Below are positions 1-7,598 of a stretch of DNA of 64,000 nucleotides, one piece after another. Each line of letters begins with the position of its first letter. Within the stretch, counting starts at the first letter, position 1. The DNA is from Candidatus Krumholzibacteriota bacterium (GTDB lineage Bacteria > Krumholzibacteriota > Krumholzibacteriia > LZORAL124-64-63), in assembly GCA_039714075.1 (NCBI GenBank), contig JBDLKA010000003.1, forward strand, positions 8,789-72,788, in the 5' to 3' direction. Below the pieces are notes generated by a model. That model saw only the letters and a program-made list of their open reading frames with translations, did no database searches and was not told the origin of the DNA. Both the position numbers and the translations under genes were made by a program.

Positions 1-513
1 ACCAAAACCCGGCAGGGAATGGAAATAGTGCGCACCCTGGAAAAAGCCGTAAAGAACCTGCAGCGATCCTCCGAGCAGCAGCAGTTTCATGGTCCACCGC
101 CAACGTTCCGTGCCGCGGGTCCACACGGCCGGCCAGAGGGCGAAAAATGCCATGATGGCCAATTGCACCAACTGCTTGCCGAACCGCCCCACCGTTTCGC
201 CGACCGGTTCGCCGACGGGAGCCGCCCACAAACCCGCCAGGGAAAGCAACACACTGAGCAGGACAGCTCCGGTTCCGAACATCCACCACCTGCGCAATGC
301 GGGCCGCAGGGAAACCGGGCAGCAGGATCGCCAGTCACCGCAACGCAGACGATCGACCGTGGCGCACAGGACAGCGGCGGCAAGCAACGCCCATGACGGC
401 TGCAGTCCGCCCCCCCAATCCCTGCCGGTAACAAGTTTCAGGACACCCGCACCGGACCAGGGCAGTGTCACCAGGGCAGCCCCGTAAAAAAAGGTGGCGC
501 AGCGGGCCGGCAT
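1..513 (-). CDS. Polytopic membrane protein, possibly O-antigen ligase/polymerase (Wzy_C-like); 3' end lies outside the window
   Basis: Not in the ORF track because it is open to the window edge. Manual translation from ATG at 513, which overlaps the TGA of the upstream gene: MPARCATFFYGAALVTLPWSGAG...GGGLQPSWALLAAAVLC...VLLSVLLSLAGLWA...KQLVQLAIMAFFALW...LLLLGGSLQVLYGFFQ. Several TM segments; the family call is an inference from the QxxYGxxQ-like segment. Confidence 0.6.
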   Translation of the reverse strand, partial: MPARCATFFYGAALVTLPWSGAGVLKLVTGRDWGGGLQPSWALLAAAVLCATVDRLRCGDWRSCCPVSLRPALRRWWMFGTGAVLLSVLLSLAGLWAAPVGEPVGETVGRFGKQLVQLAIMAFFALWPAVWTRGTERWRWTMKLLLLGGSLQVLYGFFQGAHYFHSLPGFG

Positions 514-1091
514 CACGAACCCCGCCTCTCGCCTGATTTCATGCGGGCACGCCGCAGCAGGACGATGATCAGGAGGGTCATGCCCGCCAAAAGGAGAAGT
601 CCCGACTTGGACGCCGGTAGCCCGCTCGCCGGGCGGCGATACCGGATCACGGCCCCGCGAACTTCCAGTTCACCGCCGGTCAACTGCAACTCCAGCAGGC
701 CGTCGGTCAAAACAACCGGTTCCGACACGGGAAAGATCCCATCCCGGATGACAAGACTGCCACTGGAACCCGATCCGGCCAAAAATTCGGTACAGGGAAT
801 CCCGAGGTCCCACCTGCCGAAATCCTCGGCTATGACAGGATCGAAAATGGTCAGGCGCCCTTCGTCCCAGATCAATGACCTGGTCCCGGGATCCGCACCG
901 GTATCCCACGCGAATCCGGCAGCCGAATCCCGGGCGGCTTCAATGACCAGATAACCTGGTTGCCCCAGATTGTGGGTTTGATCGGACTGGGCCGGGGAAA
1001 GACAGGGGGAACCGACCACCAGAAAAACCAATACACAACGGCGGACGGCGGCCCGGGACACGCGACCCCTCACCTGGCTGGAAGTCAACAT
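513..1091 (-). CDS. Hypothetical exported protein with N-terminal signal-like segment and C-terminal membrane anchor
   Basis: ATG at 1091 overlaps the stop of the upstream gene. Hydrophobic N-terminal stretch CVLVFLVVGSPCLSPAQS; C-terminal GLLLLAGMTLLIIVLL followed by a basic tail RRARMK. Confidence 0.65.
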   Translation of the reverse strand: MLTSSQVRGRVSRAAVRRCVLVFLVVGSPCLSPAQSDQTHNLGQPGYLVIEAARDSAAGFAWDTGADPGTRSLIWDEGRLTIFDPVIAEDFGRWDLGIPCTEFLAGSGSSGSLVIRDGIFPVSEPVVLTDGLLELQLTGGELEVRGAVIRYRRPASGLPASKSGLLLLAGMTLLIIVLLRRARMKSGERRGS

Positions 1092-1945
1092 TCGGCCAGA
1101 CCCGACATCATGGTCACGGCCAGGCGGCGCCACAGGGAATCGGGATCATCCGCCCGGGGAAAATTGGCGACCAGGTTGTCCTGTCCGGACACCGGACTTA
1201 TCCCCAGGGGGATCCCGGCGCAGACTCTTTCCACCAGGCCCGCAATGCGAGCCAGGTTTTCGGGATCGTCCCCGGGCGAGACCGCATTGCGGATTTCATC
1301 GAGCCATCCCGGCCGGCCGGCGGATGACCAGGCATCGGGGAACAAGAGGATTTCCATCCGGCCGGGTTCGATCACTTCGGCAAGACGGCCCAGGGAATAA
1401 TAGGTGCCCAACCGCTGAGCCTCCTTTTCCTGCAGACACCAGACGAGGCCGCCGGAAAGGCTCACCGCCGGCGGACCGGCCGAGGGCGCCGCCGACAAGG
1501 CCTCCAGGTGGGAAAGTTCCACCGGCCCCATGCACCCCAGGTGATTCCAGCGGATTTCCCCAACCGTCCCTGATTGGGGCGCTGCCGTTACGGCACCGGC
1601 AGATCGGGCAGGAGATTCAGTGGAAACGGTCCAGGTGTTCCGGTGTCTTGCCGGAGGATCGGCCTGGACCCGGGACATCCCCCCATTGGATCTGAAATAG
1701 GTTCCAACCGACCAGCGGACCTGGGGGTCTTCGCCGAGAGTGGCGGGTCCGGGAGAACCAAGAGCCAAACCGGCCGCCGCAAAGGCCGAGATGGCAGCGC
1801 CCCCCGGCGCGGCCACGGTGCAATGGAAATGATCCCGGCCGGATTTTCCGACAGCTTCAGGGCGACCTTCCTCAAGGAAAAGGTGGGCAATGGAGGAAAT
1901 GTGATGGGGCCGTCGGGGATCGGCCCCGGAATCGGTTCGCGCCAT
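1085..1945 (-). CDS. Hypothetical protein, possibly a degenerate MinD/FlhG-like (pseudo-ATPase) partner of the upstream ParA
   Basis: Likely start MARTDSG at 1945 within track ORF 1085..2188. N-terminal HHISSIAHLFL motif; TVAAPGGAAISAFAAAGLALG resembles an eroded deviant Walker A plus following helix. Confidence 0.6.
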   Translation of the reverse strand: MARTDSGADPRRPHHISSIAHLFLEEGRPEAVGKSGRDHFHCTVAAPGGAAISAFAAAGLALGSPGPATLGEDPQVRWSVGTYFRSNGGMSRVQADPPARHRNTWTVSTESPARSAGAVTAAPQSGTVGEIRWNHLGCMGPVELSHLEALSAAPSAGPPAVSLSGGLVWCLQEKEAQRLGTYYSLGRLAEVIEPGRMEILLFPDAWSSAGRPGWLDEIRNAVSPGDDPENLARIAGLVERVCAGIPLGISPVSGQDNLVANFPRADDPDSLWRRLAVTMMSGLAEC

Positions 1946-2033
1946 GGTGAAATATTCTCCAAGCAGTCCGCAGGCGGACTGTCCTTGCCGGCTTACGCCT
2001 GAATCAGGTTCCCGCCTCCGCGGCGAAAACTTC

Positions 2034-3107
2034 TCAGGTGACGACGACCAAACTGTTGGCACCGCCGAATTCATTGGCCACCGTCCGGCTGTTGTGGGGA
2101 TCCGGCAGCCAGCAGCCGTCGACGATGAATCGGTACTCGTGTTCCCCGCGCTCGAGATCGAGGTGACATTCCCACATGCCGTCCTCACGCTTGTTCAGGG
2201 GCAGACCCTTGGCGGACCAGTCACAGAAGGAACCCGTGATCCTTACGGTCCGGGCACTCGGGAAATCGGATTCGAACCGAACTCCGGCCTGGGATACGGC
2301 CGGCCCGTGCAGAAGGGCGGACCAGTGATCAAGGGCGACCACTTCCAGGGCGACTTCCTGGTCGAGCAGTTCCCGGGCCAGGTGCCGGAAGTCGAAGGCG
2401 GCCCGGCATTCCGGATCCAGTTTGGCGACCGAAACACCCAGGACGGCGGCTTCCTTGGTCTTCACGGTATGGTGAATGACCGAGTCCAGGAGTTCACTCT
2501 CGTAAAGCTCCTCCAACTCCGCCATGACCGAACGCACGAAGCGGGGCCGCGTATCGAAATCCGACATGAGGATACGCGGGACGACGTCATGCCCCTTCTT
2601 GTCCCGCAGGACCGCGAGGGTTTCGCGCATCTTGCGCACGGCCTGCAGTCCGTAACCGCTGGGATCCACGGGAATGATGACCTCGCCGCAGGCCAGCAGG
2701 GCATTGAAGGTCAGCAGGCTCACGCTGGGGGGACAATCGATCAGCACGTAATCGTAGGGCAGGGAACTGCGGCGCAGGTTGTTCCGCAGGCGCAATTCCT
2801 TTTCCGTTTCCCGGGCCAGGGTCATTTCCACGCCGCTGAGCTCCACACCGGCCGGCACCAGATGAAAGCCGGGACCGACTTCCAGAAAGGCGTCCTCGAC
2901 CAGGATGTCCGAGGTCAGATACAGATCGTAGGTGCTGAGGGTGAAATCGCGTTCGCGGAAGCCGCAGGCCAGGGTGGCGTGCCCCTGGGGATCGTTGTCG
3001 ATGAGCAGGACTTTTTTCTCGAGTTGGGCCAGAGTTGAGGCAAGGTTGGTGGCGGTGGTGGTTTTGCCGCATCCGCCTTTCTGGTTGGCCAGAGCAACGA
3101 CTCTCAT
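2034..3107 (-). CDS. ParA/Soj-family ATPase fused to a C-terminal CBM48/AMPK-beta-type glycogen-binding domain
   Basis: Deviant Walker A NQKGGCGKTT, LLIDNDPQG, Walker B YDYVLIDCPPS. C-terminal ~85 aa ARTVRITGSFCDW...GMWECHLDLERGEHEYRFIVDGCWLPDPHN...NEFGGANSLVVV is the CBM48/early-set signature. Confidence 0.9.
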   Translation of the reverse strand: MRVVALANQKGGCGKTTTATNLASTLAQLEKKVLLIDNDPQGHATLACGFRERDFTLSTYDLYLTSDILVEDAFLEVGPGFHLVPAGVELSGVEMTLARETEKELRLRNNLRRSSLPYDYVLIDCPPSVSLLTFNALLACGEVIIPVDPSGYGLQAVRKMRETLAVLRDKKGHDVVPRILMSDFDTRPRFVRSVMAELEELYESELLDSVIHHTVKTKEAAVLGVSVAKLDPECRAAFDFRHLARELLDQEVALEVVALDHWSALLHGPAVSQAGVRFESDFPSARTVRITGSFCDWSAKGLPLNKREDGMWECHLDLERGEHEYRFIVDGCWLPDPHNSRTVANEFGGANSLVVVT

Positions 3108-3229
3108 ATCGAATCCTTTCGATTATGAATCGTAGAGCGCAACCTCCCGGAAATGATCCGTCCGGGATATTGTGTTTTACCTCTATAGGGAAGGCCGGCG
3201 GGCCCTCCATTCCGCAGGCATCTGACCCC

Positions 3230-3257
3230 AGCATACGTCCCGGGAATGATCTGTCAA
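3230..3257 (-). promoter_or_regulatory. Sigma70-type promoter for the parA-CBM48 operon
   Basis: Minus strand reads TTGACA-16 nt-TATGCT, about 120 nt upstream of the ATG at 3107. Confidence 0.55.
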
Positions 3258-3321
3258 CATGTTTAACGGGAACAGTTTTCAGGGCGGTCCGGCAGGAGAC
3301 CGGAATGGAAACCCTCAGCGA

Positions 3322-3765
3322 CTAGGCGGCAGGCGGAATTCCCCACAACAGATAGAAGAGGACGCCGACCACCATTCCGCCGGCCACTTCGGCCCAGGTG
3401 TGGCCCACCAGTTCACGCAATCGGGAACCCGGAACCTTTTCACCGGCCAGGGCGCTGTCCATCAAATCGTTGAGAAGTTCGGCCTGCTTGCCTATTTCCT
3501 GGCGCAGGCCCGTGGCTTCGAAGATCACGAACAGGCCGAATACCAGAACCAGGCTGAACAGGGAGGAATCGAAACCCTCGGCGCGTCCGACGGCCAGGGT
3601 CAGGGTGGTCACCGTGGAGGTGTGGGAACTCGGCATGCCGCCATTGGCGAAAAACAGACCCGGGCGGAACCTCCGCTTCAGGACCAGCTCGATGACCACC
3701 TTGGCGGCCTGGGCGGTCAGGCCGCTGATCAAGGCGAGAATACCCAGGTTGATCACGGAGGCCAC
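3322..3765 (-). CDS. Divergent PAP2 family protein (DUF212/YuiD-like)
   Basis: Motifs AQAAK, GGMPSSHTS, GLRQEIGKQAELLN, LRELVGHTWAEVAGG. Confidence 0.9.
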   Translation of the reverse strand: MASVINLGILALISGLTAQAAKVVIELVLKRRFRPGLFFANGGMPSSHTSTVTTLTLAVGRAEGFDSSLFSLVLVFGLFVIFEATGLRQEIGKQAELLNDLMDSALAGEKVPGSRLRELVGHTWAEVAGGMVVGVLFYLLWGIPPAA

Positions 3766-4028
3766 CCCCCTTTCTCAATGGCCCGCCGGGAAGGGCCGCT
3801 GGAAATCCTGGACCATGACACCCTCCGGGGCGGTAAGGGGTGAAAACAAGGAGAATTCCTGTCTGAAGGCCCGCACAATAACAGAAAACAATTCCAAATC
3901 AACGTGCAACTTGAGAATTGCGCGATCTTCTACCATTTTAGGGCATTGTTCGGAGAAGCCGGGAACCTTCCGACCCATAAACGGGTCTGATGCCCAGCGA
4001 TCCTGCCACCCATCTAAGGAAGTCGAAA

Positions 4029-5840
4029 ATGTTCAAGTTTCTGCGTTCCCAGGCCAAGGTCTTCTACTGGGTGATTGCCGCCACCTTCATCCTTTTCCTG
4101 TTTCTCGGGGGGATGACCGGTCGGGGCTGTCAGGCCCCCGGGTCCAAAAAATATGAAGCCGGGGTGATCGGCACAGTGAACGGAGCCGAGATCACCGCCC
4201 AGCAGTTCGACTACACCGTAAGGCAACAGAGGGCCCAGATGAGGCAGCAGGCCCAGAACAGGGAACTCAACGCCAACCAGTTCGCCGCGGCCGACCAGCA
4301 GGCCTGGGATTCCCTGATCCAGGCCGCCATCTTCGCCGAGGCCATCGAGGAAATGGGCATCACCGTTTCCGACGAAGAGGTCCTTTCCGTCTTCGAAAAC
4401 AACCCCCCGCCCGAACTGCTGGCCCAGTACCGGGATCAGAGCGGAAACGTCGACATCAACCGCTACTACGCCGACCTGCAGAATCCCGAGGTCGACTGGT
4501 CCCAGCAGGAGGCCTACATCCGGGCCATGCTCCCCTGGCAGAAACTGACCGCTGCGGTTTCGGCCTCGGCCGCGGTCAGCGAGGAAGAGATCAGGGAAGA
4601 ATACATCCGCCAGACCGGCAAGGCCGTGGCGGAATACATCGGCATCCAGTTCGCGGAACTCGAAGGTGATTTCGAACCCACCGAAGAGGAAATCAACGAT
4701 TGGTACCAGGCCCATCCCGACGACTTCCAGGCTCCGGCCAAGGCCAGTTGCCAGGTGGTCAAATTCGCCAAGGAACCCAGCGAGGCCGACAGCCGGGAAG
4801 TCCATGATTTCATGATGGAGATCCGTGAGGAGATCCTCTCCGGGGCCAAGACGTTTGAAGCAGCCGCCGGCGAATACAGTGAAGATTCCGGCACTTCCAC
4901 CAACGGCGGGGATCTGGGCAACTTCGATCGCACCCGCATGGTGGCCAAGTTCACCGAAGCCGCCTTCGCTCTGCCCGTGGGAGAATTGAGCGAGCCCGTC
5001 CAGACCAAGTTCGGTTACCACCTGATCGAGGTCACCGGCCAGTCCATCGACGAGGATACGGGCGAGGTCTACGAAATATCCGCCCGGCACATCCTGATCA
5101 AGGTCTCTCCCGGGCCGGACACCCTGGATCTTCTGCGCGATGCCGCCGAGGACTTCCGCGGCCGTGTCGACGGTTCCAGTTTCGCCAGCACGGCCGAAGC
5201 CGAAGCCCATGACCTGATGACGCCCCCGGAATTCGTCAAAGGCCGGGACATTCCCGGGCTGGCCCTGTCGGCCGCCGGTGGCAACTGGGTCTTCGCCGCC
5301 GAACCCGGCCAGGTGAGCCGCCTGTACGAAAACCGGGAAAACATCTATGTCGTCCTGGCGGGGGAAATCACTCCCGCCGGCCTGGCACCCCTGACCGAGG
5401 TCAGCAGCCGTGTGTCCCTGGCCGTGAAGAAGGACCGCCAGCTTACCGCCGCGCGGGCCAAACTCAGCCCCGCGGTCGGCGAAATCCAGATGGGCCGGAC
5501 CCTGGCCGAAGTTGCCGAAGCCGGTGGATTCATCCACGCCGTCACGGACACCTTCACGGTCAACGGCAACGTCCAGGAGGTGGGTTACGGCACCGAATTC
5601 AACAAGGCGGCCATCAACGGCAGCGTGGGAACGCTCATTCCCGAGGTGGAGACCCTGCGGGGAGTCTATGCCCTGACCCCGTTGTGGATCGCACCTTTCG
5701 ACCAGGCCGATTTCGATGCGCGCAAGCCGGGCATCCAGGGCGCCCTGCTCTCGCAGGCCCAGAACGCGGCGGTCGAAGAGTGGTACACCGCCCGCCTGGA
5801 AGAAGCCGAAATCGTGGACCTGCGCTACTACCAGCCGTAG
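4029..5840 (+). CDS. ppiD: PpiD-like membrane-anchored periplasmic chaperone/parvulin PPIase
   Basis: N-terminal MFKFLRS plus TM anchor, SurA_N-like region (IGTVNGAEIT), rotamase motifs FEAAAGEYSED...GGDLGNF...MVAKFTEAAF...SEPVQTKFGYHLI. Confidence 0.85.
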   Translation: MFKFLRSQAKVFYWVIAATFILFLFLGGMTGRGCQAPGSKKYEAGVIGTVNGAEITAQQFDYTVRQQRAQMRQQAQNRELNANQFAAADQQAWDSLIQAAIFAEAIEEMGITVSDEEVLSVFENNPPPELLAQYRDQSGNVDINRYYADLQNPEVDWSQQEAYIRAMLPWQKLTAAVSASAAVSEEEIREEYIRQTGKAVAEYIGIQFAELEGDFEPTEEEINDWYQAHPDDFQAPAKASCQVVKFAKEPSEADSREVHDFMMEIREEILSGAKTFEAAAGEYSEDSGTSTNGGDLGNFDRTRMVAKFTEAAFALPVGELSEPVQTKFGYHLIEVTGQSIDEDTGEVYEISARHILIKVSPGPDTLDLLRDAAEDFRGRVDGSSFASTAEAEAHDLMTPPEFVKGRDIPGLALSAAGGNWVFAAEPGQVSRLYENRENIYVVLAGEITPAGLAPLTEVSSRVSLAVKKDRQLTAARAKLSPAVGEIQMGRTLAEVAEAGGFIHAVTDTFTVNGNVQEVGYGTEFNKAAINGSVGTLIPEVETLRGVYALTPLWIAPFDQADFDARKPGIQGALLSQAQNAAVEEWYTARLEEAEIVDLRYYQP

Positions 5841-5875
5841 GTCTCCTGTTTTGCGCGGACCGCGCACCTGAAACC

Positions 5876-5907
5876 AAGAGCCCGGAACCAACAGGTTCCG
5901 GGCTCTT
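5876..5907. terminator. Bidirectional intrinsic terminator between convergent genes
   Basis: Perfect 14-bp stem AAGAGCCCGGAACC-aaca-GGTTCCGGGCTCTT. Confidence 0.8.
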
Positions 5908-5935
5908 TCATTTCAATCGGGCGACACCGGGTGGA

Positions 5936-6367
5936 TCAATCATCCCCAAAGGGGTTGTGGGGTTTCTTCTTCCGGAAATCCTCCAGGTCCTCCCCCATCC
6001 GGTCCATTTTCTTTTTCTGTTGCTCCTGGTGTTCACCGGAGTCGAAAAGCTTGGACATTCTTTCGGCCTCTTCGGACTTGCGGCGGTCGAATTCCTTCAA
6101 GTCCTCGGAAATCTCGGGTCCACCTTCTTCCGGCAATTCCTCCACCACCAGATGGTCCCTGATCTCCGCATGGGTTTCAAAGGCGCTTTTCACCAGGGCG
6201 ATGGCACCCTGATCCTCCAGAAAAGCCAACTGGAGCCGGACCGCGCTGGCTGACTGCTGCAGCAGTTCGGCCAATTCCTCGGGCGTGGGCGATCTCCCGT
6301 TCAGATGACTCAGGACCCTGACCCCGGCCAGCAGCAGCTGGGCCTCGTTCCTGGTAAGATTGATCAT
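5936..6367 (-). CDS. Hypothetical winged-helix DNA-binding protein with charged C-terminal tail
   Basis: RSPTPEELAELLQQSASAVRLQLAFLEDQGAI is an HTH/wHTH pattern; ATGA overlap with the upstream gene. Confidence 0.7.
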   Translation of the reverse strand: MINLTRNEAQLLLAGVRVLSHLNGRSPTPEELAELLQQSASAVRLQLAFLEDQGAIALVKSAFETHAEIRDHLVVEELPEEGGPEISEDLKEFDRRKSEEAERMSKLFDSGEHQEQQKKKMDRMGEDLEDFRKKKPHNPFGDD

Positions 6368-7596
6368 GATCCCATCTCCGCTTCCAGCCGGCAGGACGCT
6401 TCGGTGGCCCTGCGGTCCATCATCTTTCGCAACCGGTCCACCCGGTGAACCTCGCCCGATTTCCGGGCGTGGTCAAGAGCCTTCGGCAAATCGATCAAAC
6501 GGTGTTCATACAGGATGGCTGCTTCCCGGTGAAGCCAGGCGGTATCGACGCCTGCGGCCAGACCGGCGCGGATGATCTTCTCCACCAGACCCCAATCACC
6601 CCCCCGTTTCAGGATCCGCACCGCATCGGCCACGAAGCGCGGCTCACCCAGGCCCCGGGCTTTCCCTCGTAGGGCCGCAGCCACCGCGGTTTCCAGACAG
6701 GCAAGGGACAGCTGTGTGTCACGCCGCTTTTCACAGATCCTGCCCAACGCCCATCCGTCCCGCCAATCCAGGTCCGCCGACGGTTCCGTTCCGGGAGCCA
6801 CCAAACGCGCGGCCTCGACAACCCGCAGCAACAGGTGGGCCATACCCAGCATGTCCCGCTGGTTGTGGGTCATGACTTCGGGCAACTGCCCGGGTCGGCC
6901 GGAAGCCAGGAAATCGAACCAGGCCTGGGGGATGCGGGATCCCTCCAGATCACCGGCGCCCCGCGGCAGTCCGCAGACCTCCTTCTCGAGTGTCTGTTGC
7001 CGGCAATTCTCCAGGCGGTTGCCCCACAGCCGGCGGGCGGGGAACAGAAGGTCCCACCCCGTCAGGGAAACGAAGGGATCCTCCCGGCGGTTCAACCGCG
7101 CCCGGGTTCGCAACAGGGGCAGGTCATAGGACGCCCCGTTGAAAGTCGCCACCACCCTGAATCCGGCGGCCAAGTCGGCCAGTTCCTTCAGCAGGGCGGC
7201 CTCGTGCCCCGGGTCAGGCAGAAAATACTGGCGGGTTTCAAGCCCGTCCGCAGCCCACCAGGACACCCCCACGAGGAAAGGAATCGTCCCGGTGCCTCCC
7301 GCCAGCCCGGTGGTTTCGGTGTCCATGAAAAGGATCTCCCCGGGATCGGGGGCGGGAACCGCCTGGTTGGCAAAGAACTCCCGCAATTCGGGCAGGGGAA
7401 ACGTGGGCCGGGGCAGGACATCGAACCGGGACCGCATCCAAAAGGGACCGAGGGGGCCCGTTTGCTCCTCCAGCCCGAGGTGAGTGAGGGTTTCGGCCGG
7501 ATCCCCGGATACGGCCGCACCGAAACCGGTCGGGACCGCGGCGTCGGGACGGCGGGAAAGCCGGTCCAGTTGGGCCAGTCTCTTTTTCAGGTCCAT
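6364..7596 (-). CDS. YprB/MrfB-like DEDD exonuclease (RNase_H_2) with helical C-terminus
   Basis: FMDTETTGLAGGTGTIPFLVG, VATFNGASYDLPLL, DLLFPARRLW, HNQRDM; directly downstream of a DUF1998 helicase; start taken at MDLKKRL. Confidence 0.85.
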   Translation of the reverse strand: MDLKKRLAQLDRLSRRPDAAVPTGFGAAVSGDPAETLTHLGLEEQTGPLGPFWMRSRFDVLPRPTFPLPELREFFANQAVPAPDPGEILFMDTETTGLAGGTGTIPFLVGVSWWAADGLETRQYFLPDPGHEAALLKELADLAAGFRVVATFNGASYDLPLLRTRARLNRREDPFVSLTGWDLLFPARRLWGNRLENCRQQTLEKEVCGLPRGAGDLEGSRIPQAWFDFLASGRPGQLPEVMTHNQRDMLGMAHLLLRVVEAARLVAPGTEPSADLDWRDGWALGRICEKRRDTQLSLACLETAVAAALRGKARGLGEPRFVADAVRILKRGGDWGLVEKIIRAGLAAGVDTAWLHREAAILYEHRLIDLPKALDHARKSGEVHRVDRLRKMMDRRATEASCRLEAEMGS

Positions 7597-7598
7597 GG

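Noticed and set aside
2034-3107. Chromosome-partitioning parA or a plasmid/prophage boundary
   Set aside because: There is no adjacent parB, I noticed no parS consensus (TGTTTCACGTGAAACA), there are no mobile-element genes, and the CBM48 fusion is atypical of Soj.
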